The notes beneath the pieces were generated by a model. That model saw only the letters and a list, made by a program, of their open reading frames with translations. It made no database searches and was not told where the DNA came from. Made by a program: the position numbers and the translations under genes. This document shows positions 9,232-18,915 of a DNA stretch of 55,457 nt, one piece after another. This DNA is from a virus. The stretch lies in the IMG/VR virus record IMGVR_UViG_3300045988_047237, positions 1-55,457 of that record; one strand, 5' to 3'. The first letter of the stretch is position 1, and each line of letters opens with the position of its first letter.

Positions 9232-9480
9232 ATGAGGAAAGTTAAATCAACACCGGGAACTGTAGTGTTCAAGAGTAAGAAACATCATGTGTCATTCGCC
9301 TTTGGAATAGGCAAGTGCTGGGGAATATCCTTTGGCGCAGAGTACCATGAACGTTGGGATTGGCACCATTTTGTTATAGGCTTTACAATAATTAATTTTT
9401 TTGTTGCATTCAGAGTAAATTGGCGAATTTTCGGAGAAGGTTACGACAGAGACGAAATGTACTTTGAAATGTACGACTAA
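9232..9480 (+). CDS. hypothetical protein with hydrophobic segment
   Basis: ATG 9232 after taggag. Confidence 0.5.
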   Translation: MRKVKSTPGTVVFKSKKHHVSFAFGIGKCWGISFGAEYHERWDWHHFVIGFTIINFFVAFRVNWRIFGEGYDRDEMYFEMYD

Positions 9481-9491
9481 AAGGAGAGAAT

Positions 9492-9926
9492 ATGAAAGAT
9501 AGATATTTATTCAAAGCAAAGAGACTTGATTGGAGAGAATTTCCGGAAAAAGAACAGTAGTGGATAATAGGCTATTATGTATTAGGCTTTGATGTATACG
9601 AACAACCCGTACATTTAATATTTGAGCCTACATCAATGTTCTTTTCTCATGGAGAAACAGACGGTTGGACAGAAATTGACCCAAATACCCTCTGCCGATG
9701 CACCGGCTTGAAAGACAAGAATGGCAAGCTGATTTGGGAAAACGATATTGTAAAAATAAATAATAGCAAGGCAAATATGCTTATAACATTTAGAAATTTT
9801 GAAATTATATGTACAATTCCTGATGAAAAATATTACAAGCACAGGCTTGAATATGATACTGAATATGAAGTTGTCGGCAACATTTTTGACAATAAAGAGT
9901 TATTAGAAAGTGAGGAACGAATATGA
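9492..9926 (+). pseudogene. YopX-family protein with in-frame TAG at 9558-9560
   Basis: MKDRYLFKAKRLDWREFPEKEQ-TAG-WIIGYY...CTGLKDKNGKLIWENDIV...YEVVGNIFDNKELLE. Both sides are in the same frame and match the YopX pattern. Confidence 0.75.
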
Positions 9927-10204
9927 CAGAGAGTGACGCAAAAAAGATATTACAAAGAGATTTGCTAATACAAATTGAAAATAAAGCACTTCCAGATGGA
10001 ATAGAAGCCATTAAAATTGCCATCAAGGCTTTGGAAGAAGTGCAGCAGTACCGCCAGATTGGTACGGTAGATGAATGCCGCGAAGCTGTGGAGAAGCAGA
10101 CAGCGATTTCAAGAGAGATTATCGAGGGAAAATACTTCTGCCCAAAGTGTCATAACCTAATGCCTTATCCGGGATATTGTGGATGTGGGCAGAAAGTGTA
10201 TTGA
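9923..10204 (+). CDS. hypothetical protein with C-terminal zinc ribbon
   Basis: 93-aa ORF, CPKC...CGC motif. Confidence 0.5.
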   Translation: MTESDAKKILQRDLLIQIENKALPDGIEAIKIAIKALEEVQQYRQIGTVDECREAVEKQTAISREIIEGKYFCPKCHNLMPYPGYCGCGQKVY

Positions 10205-10218
10205 GAGGAGGGTGAACG

Positions 10219-10533
10219 ATGAGAAGACTGATTGATGTAGCAGATCTCGAAAAATTCATTCGCGAGCATAGATGTGTCATAGGTGATGACAATTTATTGT
10301 TGGTTGCAACGGATGACGGCAGGTGGCAGGAAGCATTACCGCTTATAAAGACAGCATATGATGTGGATGAAGTTGTGAAAGAAATTAACGAATGGACATT
10401 TAATGCAAACATAGATGTTGGCGACGGAACAATAATGAACCACAACCTCATTGTTAGGGATACGGCAATAAACATAGTAAAGGCAGGTGGAAACATTGAG
10501 TTACCAGAACATAGCAAGAGCCAAAGCGATTGA
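10219..10533 (+). CDS. hypothetical protein
   Basis: 104-aa ORF after gaggaggg. Confidence 0.55.
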   Translation: MRRLIDVADLEKFIREHRCVIGDDNLLLVATDDGRWQEALPLIKTAYDVDEVVKEINEWTFNANIDVGDGTIMNHNLIVRDTAINIVKAGGNIELPEHSKSQSD

Positions 10534-11086
10534 AGCTAAGAACCGTGAACGCCTTAAGAAAGTCAATTCCGGACTTGATGACGGCAGCGGTATTTACTTC
10601 TTAACGCGAACCGATGAAAACGGCATCCGATATTTCTATATCGGGCAGGCACTTCATATTATGCAGAGAATGTGCGGACACCTTGTTGGGTATCAGCATA
10701 TAGACCTCTCAATTAAGAAACGCGGATTTTACAGCGATGACAACCCTTACGGTTGGAAATTGAACTTTATGCACTACCCGAAAGCAGAATTAGACAAATG
10801 GGAGCAGTATTGGATATTGCAGTACACGAAGAAAGGTTATCAGTGCCGTTACAACAAGACTGCCGGAGGGCAGGGAGAGGGTAAAGAGAAGATAAACGAG
10901 TTCAAACCCTCTAAAGGCTACAGAGACGGCATAGAGCAGGGTAAAAAGAACCTTGCAAGGGAATTATCCTCTATCGCAGAAAAACACCTTATAATCCGCT
11001 TAAAGCCAGAAAAAGAGCATAATAAGGTGTCGCAAAAGCAGTATGAGAAGTTTATGGAATTATTGAAAGGAGGTGTATCAGAATGA
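10487..11086 (+). CDS. GIY-YIG domain nuclease
   Basis: SGIYFLTR...RYFYIGQALHIMQRM matches the GIY-(10-11)-YIG motif with a downstream R/E/N pattern. Start uncertain. Confidence 0.65.
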   Translation: METLSYQNIARAKAIEAKNRERLKKVNSGLDDGSGIYFLTRTDENGIRYFYIGQALHIMQRMCGHLVGYQHIDLSIKKRGFYSDDNPYGWKLNFMHYPKAELDKWEQYWILQYTKKGYQCRYNKTAGGQGEGKEKINEFKPSKGYRDGIEQGKKNLARELSSIAEKHLIIRLKPEKEHNKVSQKQYEKFMELLKGGVSE

Positions 11087-11256
11087 ATACAGCAGTTGTT
11101 ATAACCGCGATAATTTGCGGAACAATAATTTGCATATCTACAATATCGGCGATTTCCGGTAGTGTGCAGAGAAAGAGAAACGAGAAAAAGCTTAGAGAGG
11201 TTCAGAAAGCTTTTGACGATTTCTTACAGAACTTTAAAGAAGAAAGCGAGGAATAA
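11083..11256 (+). CDS. small membrane protein (57 aa)
   Basis: ATGA overlap; N-terminal hydrophobic helix VVITAIICGTIICISTISAI. Confidence 0.45.
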   Translation: MNTAVVITAIICGTIICISTISAISGSVQRKRNEKKLREVQKAFDDFLQNFKEESEE

Positions 11257-11258
11257 GT

Positions 11259-11489
11259 ATGTTTAAGGTTGTATTATCGCCGCTGACAAACCGCATCTAT
11301 TGCGGTAAATCAGGCAGGGGAACGCCAAATACACTGATAGGCAAGGAAGATGTCACATGTGATGCCTTACGCGCCGTTTTTGGGTGGCTTGTATCGTACT
11401 ATGAACACGCAGAATCGGGCGAGGAACTTATTGTCGAAGTTCCCGATACTGATTACGAGATTGTTGTAAGAAAGAAAAAGCAGAGGTAA
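11259..11489 (+). CDS. hypothetical protein
   Basis: 76-aa ORF after gaggaa. Confidence 0.5.
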   Translation: MFKVVLSPLTNRIYCGKSGRGTPNTLIGKEDVTCDALRAVFGWLVSYYEHAESGEELIVEVPDTDYEIVVRKKKQR

Positions 11490-11496
11490 ATGATAG

Positions 11497-12858
11497 ATGG
11501 GAATAATTATTGATTGTTTTGCCGGAGGTGGCGGAGCATCGGTTGGTATTGAAATGGCACTTGGCAGAAGCGTTGACATAGCGATTAATCACGATCCGGA
11601 AGCTATAAGAATGCACAAGGTAAACCACCCCAACACACTGCACCTTACAGAAGATATTTTCGAGGTCGACCTTGAACATTATGTCAACGGCAGAAAAGTT
11701 GACTTAATGTGGGCATCGCCAGATTGCACAAGCCACAGCAAAGCCAAAGGCGGACAGCCTAGGAACAGTGGTCTCCGTATTTTACCTTGGGCGGTATTCA
11801 AGCACGCAAAGAAAATAACGCCGGACGTTATAATTATGGAAAATGTTGAAGAGATACAAGAATGGGGTCCTTTAGATGAGAGCGGCCACCCTATTAAAAG
11901 CAGAGCCGGAGAAGATTACAAAAAGTTTATCGGTGCTATGATTTCACTAGGGTATGTCTTTGACTGTAGAGAATTGATTGCCGCCGATTATGGAGCACCA
12001 ACGACACGAAAACGGTGGTATGCAATCTTTCGGAAAGATGGAAAACCTATTTCTTGGCCGGTTCAGACACATAGCAAGGTCGGCGGACACCTCCCGAAAT
12101 GGAAAGAGTGTGGCGATTATATAGATTGGTCAGACCTTGGAAAGTCAATATTTGGCAGAAAGAAACCGCTTGCAGAAGCGACTATGAACCGAATCGGCAA
12201 TGGATTAAAAAAATATGTGTTTAATTCCGAAAAACCGTATTTTGTTGAAAGCAAGGATGCTTTTTCGTTTTTAATTCAATATCACGGAGAACAGAAAGCA
12301 GGTGATGCAAGAGGGCAGCTATTAACTGAACCGATTAAAACGATAGATACAAGTAATAGGTACGGATTGATAAGTGCTTTTGTAACGAAGTTTTATAAAA
12401 CCGGTGTAGGCCAAGGCCTTAACGAACCTCTTCATACTATTACGACATCTCCAGGGCACTTTGGCTTGGTATGTGCGTTTCTGATTAAGTACTATGGCGG
12501 AGGGACCGGTCAAACAATTGATAGGCCGCTTGACACAATTACAACAAAAGACAGATTTGGACTAGTATCTGTTTCCATTAACGGCGAACAGTACACTATT
12601 AGCGATATTTTTCTCCGAATGCTGAAACCGGAAGAACTGAAGCTGATGCAAGGATTTCCGGAGGATTATATCATTGACCGTGATATTGATTGGAAACCGT
12701 ACCCGTTGAAAGAACAGGTCGCCAGAATAGGTAATAGTGTCGTTCCGGTTATGGCACAAGCTTTAGTCAAGGCTAATTGCTCATATTTAGCCGTAGGAGA
12801 ACGCACTAAGAACATTGTTATAGATACGAGCGAAAAGCAGCTTAGAATTGCTATATAG
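11497..12858 (+). CDS. dcm: DNA (cytosine-5)-methyltransferase
   Basis: Motifs FAGGGG (I), SPDC (IV-like), MENV (VI), QGFP (VIII/IX region) and GNSV (X), in the canonical order. Confidence 0.88.
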   Translation: MGIIIDCFAGGGGASVGIEMALGRSVDIAINHDPEAIRMHKVNHPNTLHLTEDIFEVDLEHYVNGRKVDLMWASPDCTSHSKAKGGQPRNSGLRILPWAVFKHAKKITPDVIIMENVEEIQEWGPLDESGHPIKSRAGEDYKKFIGAMISLGYVFDCRELIAADYGAPTTRKRWYAIFRKDGKPISWPVQTHSKVGGHLPKWKECGDYIDWSDLGKSIFGRKKPLAEATMNRIGNGLKKYVFNSEKPYFVESKDAFSFLIQYHGEQKAGDARGQLLTEPIKTIDTSNRYGLISAFVTKFYKTGVGQGLNEPLHTITTSPGHFGLVCAFLIKYYGGGTGQTIDRPLDTITTKDRFGLVSVSINGEQYTISDIFLRMLKPEELKLMQGFPEDYIIDRDIDWKPYPLKEQVARIGNSVVPVMAQALVKANCSYLAVGERTKNIVIDTSEKQLRIAI

Positions 12859-12879
12859 GCAAAGAAAGGAATGTAGCTT

Positions 12880-13536
12880 GTGAGTGATGACACACAGACT
12901 ACAAAGGAAAGCAAGTCATACATAAGATTAAAGAATTATAGACATACAAACAGATTAAAAGGTAAATGCGCCGAGTGCGGTAAACCGTCAGAGAAATACA
13001 GATGTGCCGAATGCTCGGCTAAGAAGAACGAGAGAGAACGGTACGACAAAGAATACTACAAAAAATACGGTATCTGCCCGGTGTGCAAACAAGTTGACAT
13101 CGGGCCAGATGAGAGTATGTGCCCGGAATGTTTGGCAAAAGAATATACATACCAGATGAGTAGGCGCAATGCAAGCGAAGAAAGTCGCGCTAAGTACACC
13201 GGACAACACCGCATATGGGCGCAGATGAAATACGAAGAGGATAAGGCTAATGGAATTTGCACAAGATGCCGGAAACGCAAAGCAGACGGCGGTTATACGA
13301 CTTGTGGAGTATGCCGGGCGAAAAACAGAGGGCGTAAACTTGCCAAAGAGGTCAACAAGGTGTCAAAACGTGAGTATCGCGAAAAGAACGGCTTATGTTT
13401 CTTTTGCGATGAACCGCGCAAACCCGGTTACAAACTATGTGAACGGCATTATCAGATGAATGTTGACAAAGCAAATTCGCAGAGAGCCAAGGATGCTAGG
13501 AAGAATTTAATCAAGAATTGCATCCTATATAAATAG
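12880..13536 (+). CDS. Cys-rich multi-zinc-ribbon protein
   Basis: GTG start; six or more CxxC pairs in a Lys/Arg-rich 218-aa ORF. Confidence 0.5.
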   Translation: MSDDTQTTKESKSYIRLKNYRHTNRLKGKCAECGKPSEKYRCAECSAKKNERERYDKEYYKKYGICPVCKQVDIGPDESMCPECLAKEYTYQMSRRNASEESRAKYTGQHRIWAQMKYEEDKANGICTRCRKRKADGGYTTCGVCRAKNRGRKLAKEVNKVSKREYREKNGLCFFCDEPRKPGYKLCERHYQMNVDKANSQRAKDARKNLIKNCILYK

Positions 13537-13553
13537 CAGGAGGACTTGAATTA

Positions 13554-14408
13554 ATGGCTGACAAGAGAATGTTTTCAAAGAAACTAATCAGTTCTGATGC
13601 GTTTCGGGATATGCCTTTAAGCACGCAAGGGTTGTTCTTTCAGCTTTGTATGGAAGCTGATGATGACGGTATCGTAGATAACCCTAATACCGTAGCAAGA
13701 GCGTGTCAGGCATCCAAAGAAGATATGCAGATGTTAAAGGATAAGCGCTACATCCTTACATTCGATAACTCAAACGTAATCGTGATAAAGCACTGGAAGA
13801 TGCACAACACAATCCCAAAGGACCGGTATCATCCGAGTACATACTCTGAAGAGTTATCTACTCTTACGGTCAAGGAAAACGGCTCATACACTGAGAAAGA
13901 CCGCATTGTAACGGATTGTAAACAGATTGTAGACAAACCCGATACAGTTTGTAAACAAAATGATACAGAACCGCAACCGAGATTAGATAAGATTAGAGAA
14001 GATAAGATTAGTAATAATATCCCTACGGCTAAGAGTGAGGACGTACCCATTCCGTACACGGAGATTATAGCATATCTTAATGAGAGAGCCGGTACAAAGT
14101 TTTTACCCTCAACGGTATCGACCAAAAGGTTAATCAAGTCACGTTTTAATGAAAATCCGAGTTATACGGTCGATGACTTCAAGAAAGTTATTGATAACAA
14201 AGTAGCCGATTGGAAAGACACGGAGCGACAGAAGTATTTACGTCCGGAAACATTGTTCGGTGTTAAATTTGAAAGTTATTTGAACGAAAAGCCTACAAGT
14301 ACCAAGCCGAGGGCAAAACCATTTAATAACCGTTTTAACAGCTTTAAACAGCGAAACTATAACTTTGACGAACTTGAGAAACAATTACTTTTCAAGGAGG
14401 ACAGCTAA
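13554..14408 (+). CDS. phage replisome organizer / DnaD-like replication protein
   Basis: N-terminal MFSKKLISSDAF..L....QGLFFQL and C-terminal IAYLNERAGTKF......LI..R........DFKKVID.K...W......YLRPETLFG pattern of phage replication-initiation proteins. Confidence 0.75.
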   Translation: MADKRMFSKKLISSDAFRDMPLSTQGLFFQLCMEADDDGIVDNPNTVARACQASKEDMQMLKDKRYILTFDNSNVIVIKHWKMHNTIPKDRYHPSTYSEELSTLTVKENGSYTEKDRIVTDCKQIVDKPDTVCKQNDTEPQPRLDKIREDKISNNIPTAKSEDVPIPYTEIIAYLNERAGTKFLPSTVSTKRLIKSRFNENPSYTVDDFKKVIDNKVADWKDTERQKYLRPETLFGVKFESYLNEKPTSTKPRAKPFNNRFNSFKQRNYNFDELEKQLLFKEDS

Positions 14409-14653
14409 TGCCTAAGTTAAGACTGTATGATTTGTTTGACGGAGCGGATTATGTCGGCGCATTCACATCCAAAGAGATAACTGACCGGTTAGGAATAAGT
14501 ATGAACGCATTTTACAATTGCTCTAATTACGGAACCTTAATTCACGAAAGGTACGGAATAATGGCTGCCGAGAATGGCAAAACAGCACCCGACCCATTGT
14601 TTACAGAATGGGATAGAACACGAAGATGTATTTTAAAGGGCGTAAGACCCTAG
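14408..14653 (+). CDS. hypothetical protein
   Basis: ATG overlaps the upstream stop (TAATG). Confidence 0.5.
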   Translation: MPKLRLYDLFDGADYVGAFTSKEITDRLGISMNAFYNCSNYGTLIHERYGIMAAENGKTAPDPLFTEWDRTRRCILKGVRP

Positions 14654-14669
14654 AAAGGAAGTGAGATAA

Positions 14670-14918
14670 ATGAAGAAATGGATTGATACTTACACGAATG
14701 GCAAAGGTGTAGAATTCACGGTAGGCAAGAGATACATTCTCCGCCCAAAGGTACTTAACGGCGAAATGGTTATAGCCACACTTGAAAGCATTGAGGATTA
14801 CATCAATCAGTGGCAAAGAAGATATATTACCGGTGTATTCGTGCAGACCAAAGAAACAAGGTGGAGAATGCCGCTTGCAATAGAAAGCTGCACAATTGAA
14901 CCGTATGAAGGAGATTAG
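14670..14918 (+). CDS. hypothetical protein
   Basis: 82-aa ORF after aggaag. Confidence 0.5.
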   Translation: MKKWIDTYTNGKGVEFTVGKRYILRPKVLNGEMVIATLESIEDYINQWQRRYITGVFVQTKETRWRMPLAIESCTIEPYEGD

Positions 14919-14919
14919 A

Positions 14920-15045
14920 ATGAAAGACCGTGAATGTATATCGTGTACGCACTTTTTGATGTGCCAGGGCAAGGAAAACAGCGAGCCTTGCATCAATTAT
15001 GAAAAGCGCGAAAACACAGTGGAACTGCCAAAGCGCACAGAATAG
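14920..15045 (+). CDS. hypothetical Cys-rich small protein (41 aa)
   Basis: ATG 14920 directly after the upstream stop; short. Confidence 0.35.
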   Translation: MKDRECISCTHFLMCQGKENSEPCINYEKRENTVELPKRTE

Positions 15046-15053
15046 GAGATTGA

Positions 15054-15281
15054 ATGAAGTTCTCAAGGTTTATCAAGTCGGAACTTGACATTATTATTGA
15101 GAGCGCGAACCTTACGGAAGATGAAGAAGAAATTCTTAAGTTACTTGGGAAAGGCAAAAGCATTGAAGAAGTAGCAATGACGATGCACGTTTGCCGGCGT
15201 ACGATTGATAGAAAGATTTACAACATAAAATCTAAAATTAATAAAATTGAGGTGGAAAGAAATGGTAAAGATTACTATTGA
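15054..15281 (+). CDS. sigma-70 region-4 / LuxR-type HTH regulator
   Basis: LTEDEEEILKLLGKGKSIEEVAMTMHVCRRTIDRKIYNIKSKI resembles a region-4 HTH. Confidence 0.55.
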   Translation: MKFSRFIKSELDIIIESANLTEDEEEILKLLGKGKSIEEVAMTMHVCRRTIDRKIYNIKSKINKIEVERNGKDYY

Positions 15282-15356
15282 CGGTAAAGATGTTAAGCCG
15301 GCGGATGTTGTTCTTCCCGAACAGATTTTGAAAATCATCGCGGAAGCAGTCGGCGG

Positions 15357-15385
15357 TTGACAAAACCGTAACTTAAGTGTAGAAT
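15357..15385 (+). promoter_or_regulatory. sigma-A-type promoter upstream of the integrase gene
   Basis: TTGACA (15357-62), 17 nt, TAGAAT (15380-85). Confidence 0.5.
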
Positions 15386-15424
15386 GTGCCGTAAATGCGA
15401 TAAATGCGGCACATTCTTTATTTC
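15382..15424 (+). terminator. intrinsic terminator overlapping the integrase promoter
   Basis: 10-bp stem 15382-91/15407-16 followed by tttatttc. Confidence 0.55.
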
Positions 15425-15443
15425 AGAAAGGAGATTATAAACT

Positions 15444-16811
15444 ATGGAATGTGTTGCTTATATAAGAGTTTCGACAGAAAGACAAGCGGAGGAAGGTTAC
15501 GGACTTGAAAGCCAAAAACGTGACATTGACGAATACTGCCGTAAACATCAATTGATTATCAAGGAATATTATGTCGATGCCGGATTATCCGGAATGGAAA
15601 TGTCAAAACGTGTTGAACTTCAAAGACTTATATCTGATATGGCTAAAATTGATGTTATTGTTGTCTACAAGCTAGACAGACTTGCGCGTGATACCGTGGA
15701 TGCACTGTATATGATTGAAAAAATCTTTACGCCAAAGGGAATTTGTGTAGAAAGTGTTCACGATTTCGCTAGGTACGAAACACCGCAGGATAAATTCCAA
15801 ACTCAGGTTATGGCTGCCGTAGCAGAGTATGACAGAAATACTATGATGCTCCGTATGCGCGGTGGAATGTTGGAACGTGTTAAGAGAGGTTTTTGGATGG
15901 GCGGTGGCAATTTGCCATTCTGCTATTCGTATGACAAAGAATTGGGTATTTTAATACCAATTCCGGAGCGCGCCGAAACGGCAAGGAATGCACTTGAATT
16001 GTATATCAATGGGTATTCTGACGGCCGTATCGCTAGAATTTGCCATTACAGCGGTGAGCCGGTAGCGCGGAAAATCTTGACAAGTGTAGTAAACATCGGA
16101 ATGATACCGTACAAAGGCAAGGTGTATCAAGGCAAACACGAACCGATATTTGACATTGAACGCTACGAACTTGCGCAGGAGATCAGAAAGTCAAGGCACG
16201 ATGCCAAGAGTTGGATTGCACACCCTACCAACCTTTTAACCGGGTTGTGCTATTGCGGTGTATGCGGTTGTGCGATGCGCTATCAGAAATGGGGACAAAA
16301 AGAGGACTCTCCAAGGAAGATATATTGTTGTTCAAAGAACATAGACCTTGATTATCTTCCAAATTATAACCACGATTGCGACAGCAAACCGCAATGGGCG
16401 TCAGACATTGAAAAGCAGGTCGAGAAACAGATGCTTGAAATATCCGTCAATCTGTCAAAATACAAGCCAAAAGAAAAGGAAACGAAATTACAGATAATGC
16501 AGTCACAATTAAGCCGTGAAAAAAACAAATTAAAACGACTGTATATTCTTTATGCCGAGGGCAATGACACTGTAATTGAGTTGATTAAGCAGGCGGAAGA
16601 GGAAGTAAAACGTATTACCGCTGCAATTGAAGAGGAAAGCAAAGCGGCAAAGAACACGCAGAAAAAAGAATTTGTCTATGACAATATAAAAAAGCTTGCC
16701 GACGTTTGGGACAAAATCGACAAGCAAACCAAAAATAAGATACTTAAAACTATAATATCTAAAATTGTTATTGTCAATGACAACATTGAAATTCAGTTGA
16801 AGAATTTTTAG
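15444..16811 (+). CDS. int: large serine recombinase (integrase)
   Basis: N-terminal resolvase catalytic domain (AYIRVSTERQ...GLSG...YKLDRLARD), recombinase domain, Cys-rich zinc ribbon (CYCGVCGC...CC) and coiled-coil C-terminus. Confidence 0.92.
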   Translation: MECVAYIRVSTERQAEEGYGLESQKRDIDEYCRKHQLIIKEYYVDAGLSGMEMSKRVELQRLISDMAKIDVIVVYKLDRLARDTVDALYMIEKIFTPKGICVESVHDFARYETPQDKFQTQVMAAVAEYDRNTMMLRMRGGMLERVKRGFWMGGGNLPFCYSYDKELGILIPIPERAETARNALELYINGYSDGRIARICHYSGEPVARKILTSVVNIGMIPYKGKVYQGKHEPIFDIERYELAQEIRKSRHDAKSWIAHPTNLLTGLCYCGVCGCAMRYQKWGQKEDSPRKIYCCSKNIDLDYLPNYNHDCDSKPQWASDIEKQVEKQMLEISVNLSKYKPKEKETKLQIMQSQLSREKNKLKRLYILYAEGNDTVIELIKQAEEEVKRITAAIEEESKAAKNTQKKEFVYDNIKKLADVWDKIDKQTKNKILKTIISKIVIVNDNIEIQLKNF

Positions 16812-16850
16812 CAGTAACTATACGCCGTGCCAATAGCATATAGTTAGTGC
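16811..16850. other. candidate attP core (imperfect 12-bp inverted arms around a 16-bp spacer)
   Basis: gcagtaactata (16811-22) versus tatagttagtgc (16839-50), 11 of 12 complementary. Immediately downstream of the integrase stop, with no T-run. Confidence 0.3.
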
Positions 16851-16985
16851 AAATGCCGTATTTATCGCATTTTTTAACACTCGAAAATTGAATATCTGAA
16901 CTTGATGTCGCTTTTGTGTCGCTTATGTGTCGCGTTAAGCGGCTTTTTTTATGCCAAAATTTAAGCATAAGGAGGACGGCAATCT

Positions 16986-17138
16986 ATGTTTTCAGATGAA
17001 GTTTTAGAAAAGATTTTCGCACGGAAAGAATTGCAACGGTTGGACTTGCAAACACAGTCATCTGTAATTCACGCGATAGAAGAGGTTTTAAGTGAGGAGG
17101 CAGAAGATGATAAACAATCCTTATCAACAGCAGATTAA
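16986..17138 (+). CDS. hypothetical small protein (50 aa)
   Basis: ATG 16986 after aaggagg; overlaps the next gene by 32 nt. Confidence 0.4.
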   Translation: MFSDEVLEKIFARKELQRLDLQTQSSVIHAIEEVLSEEAEDDKQSLSTAD

Positions 17139-17628
17139 CAGCTATGTACCGCAGTATAATCCATATCAATACGCATCTATGTCGAATATGCAAAGGTATC
17201 AGGCACAGCCGGAACAGATAATGCCGGCACAGATGCCGGTAACACCGCAGACAATAGGTATTAACGGCAGAGTTGTACAGAGCCTTGACAACATTAATGC
17301 CAATGAGGTGCCTATGGACGGTTCAATGGCATTTTTCCCGAAGCAGGATTTATCGGAAATTTACGTCAAAGGGTGGAACGCAGACGGAACGATTAAGACA
17401 ATCGTGTATACGCCCCATATAGACACAAAAAGTATTGATACGGTAAATTCTACGGCGAACACGGAAAAGCTTAAATTTACCCTATCAGACGAAAGCACAG
17501 ACCTATTTCTGAATAAGTTTAATGAACTCTCGGAGAAAATCGGGCAATTAGAAGATAGGTTTGAAAAATCTTTAGCAACGCAAAGAAAAACTTCACGAAC
17601 TCAAAGCAAAGGCGGTGAGGAAGAATGA
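17107..17628 (+). CDS. Gln/Pro/Asn-rich hypothetical protein
   Basis: ATG 17107 after gaggagg; low-complexity Q/P/N/Y N-terminus. Confidence 0.55.
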   Translation: MINNPYQQQINSYVPQYNPYQYASMSNMQRYQAQPEQIMPAQMPVTPQTIGINGRVVQSLDNINANEVPMDGSMAFFPKQDLSEIYVKGWNADGTIKTIVYTPHIDTKSIDTVNSTANTEKLKFTLSDESTDLFLNKFNELSEKIGQLEDRFEKSLATQRKTSRTQSKGGEEE

Positions 17629-17858
17629 ACCCAATTAACATTTTTCAGATGATGAAAGCTGGCCCGAAACAGTTCATACAGCAGATGATGGGGAATAATC
17701 AGATGATGAGTAATCCTATCATGAAGAATACTTTAGAGATGGCACAACAAGGCAATATGCGGGGCGTAGAACAAATGGCACGGAACTTATGCAAAGAAAA
17801 AGGTCTGAACGCGGACGAGGTATTTAATCAGGTAAAGGGTAAATTTGGCAATCAGTGA
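17625..17858 (+). CDS. Met/Gln/Asn-rich hypothetical protein
   Basis: ATGA overlap with the upstream gene. Confidence 0.5.
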   Translation: MNPINIFQMMKAGPKQFIQQMMGNNQMMSNPIMKNTLEMAQQGNMRGVEQMARNLCKEKGLNADEVFNQVKGKFGNQ

Positions 17859-17919
17859 CATCATTTTGATACTAATTCTTGCAAGGTTAAGTATATAAAT
17901 TTTTTCGGAGGTAAAAATT

Positions 17920-18699
17920 ATGTTTAATTCAAATTGTGCATCCGTACCTTTGGTCGCCAACATTGACGGTAACAACGGCAACGGCGGATGGACTGACGGC
18001 GGATGGCTTTGGTTCATAGTCGTAATATTTGCTATTTTTGGCGGTTGGGGCAATGGCTTCGGCGGTTTCGGTGGCAATGGTGGCTATGCCGCAACAGCAG
18101 CCACACAAGCTGATATTCAGCGCGGTTTTGATAATTCCGCAGTTATCAGCAAACTTGACGGCATAACTAACGGCTTATGTGACGGCTTTTATGCTGCAAA
18201 CAACAGTATGCTGACCGGTTTTAACGGCATAAACACAAACATTATGCAGACCGGATACGGTATTCAGCAGGCTATTAACGCCGATACGGTCGCTAATATG
18301 CAGAATACCAATGCTTTACAGTCACAGCTTGCAAATTGCTGCTGTGAAACCCGTGAGGCCATTCAGAATGTCAACTACAATATGGCAACCAACACTTGCG
18401 CATTGCAGAACACAATGAACAGCAACACAAGGGACATTATCGACACGCAGAACGCAGGCACAAGGGCAATCCTTGACTACTTATGCCAGGACAAGATAGC
18501 CACATTGCAGGCAGAAAACAACAGCTTAAGGCTTGCCGCATCGCAGGATAGACAGAACGCACTTCTGACTACGGCTATGAATGCACAGGCAAGCCAGATT
18601 ATCAATGCAGTTAATCCTCAGGCTGTTCCGGCATATGTTGTTCCTAATCCTAACGCTTATGCTTACGGATGTGGTTGCAATACCGGATGTGGCTGCTAA
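17920..18699 (+). CDS. Gly-rich, Asn/Gln-rich membrane-anchored protein with Cys-rich C-terminus
   Basis: Hydrophobic WLWFIVVIFAIFGGW, GNGFGGFGGNGG stretch, N/Q-rich body, terminal YGCGCNTGCGC. Confidence 0.55.
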   Translation: MFNSNCASVPLVANIDGNNGNGGWTDGGWLWFIVVIFAIFGGWGNGFGGFGGNGGYAATAATQADIQRGFDNSAVISKLDGITNGLCDGFYAANNSMLTGFNGINTNIMQTGYGIQQAINADTVANMQNTNALQSQLANCCCETREAIQNVNYNMATNTCALQNTMNSNTRDIIDTQNAGTRAILDYLCQDKIATLQAENNSLRLAASQDRQNALLTTAMNAQASQIINAVNPQAVPAYVVPNPNAYAYGCGCNTGCGC

Positions 18700-18809
18700 A
18701 AGTAGCAGCTACGCAAAAATGAATAATTGAGTATCTTAATTGAGTTTAACTCGATTATGTCTGCTAAGCAGTATTACTTGATGTTACCGACACAAATGTC
18801 GGGAAGATA

Positions 18810-18837
18810 AAGGGCAGACTATAATGTTTGCCCTTTT
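18810..18837 (+). terminator. intrinsic terminator
   Basis: Stem aagggca/tgccctt (18810-16/18829-35) with a T-run. Confidence 0.6.
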
Positions 18838-18915
18838 GCACATTGAAAACAGAATATTAAGTTGATGGATTTTTAAATTCATGGTACAATTTCCGAAAAA
18901 GAAAGGAGTGCCAAA

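Noticed and set aside
9558-9560. Genome-wide TAG stop-codon reassignment (suppressor-tRNA phage lifestyle).
   Set aside because: Only one gene needs it. All structural and replication genes are intact under the standard code, several genes use TAG as their terminal stop, and no CUA-anticodon tRNA was found by eye in the tRNA island. The MBL disruption at 5937 is a frameshift, not readthrough, because a TAA follows 4 codons later.
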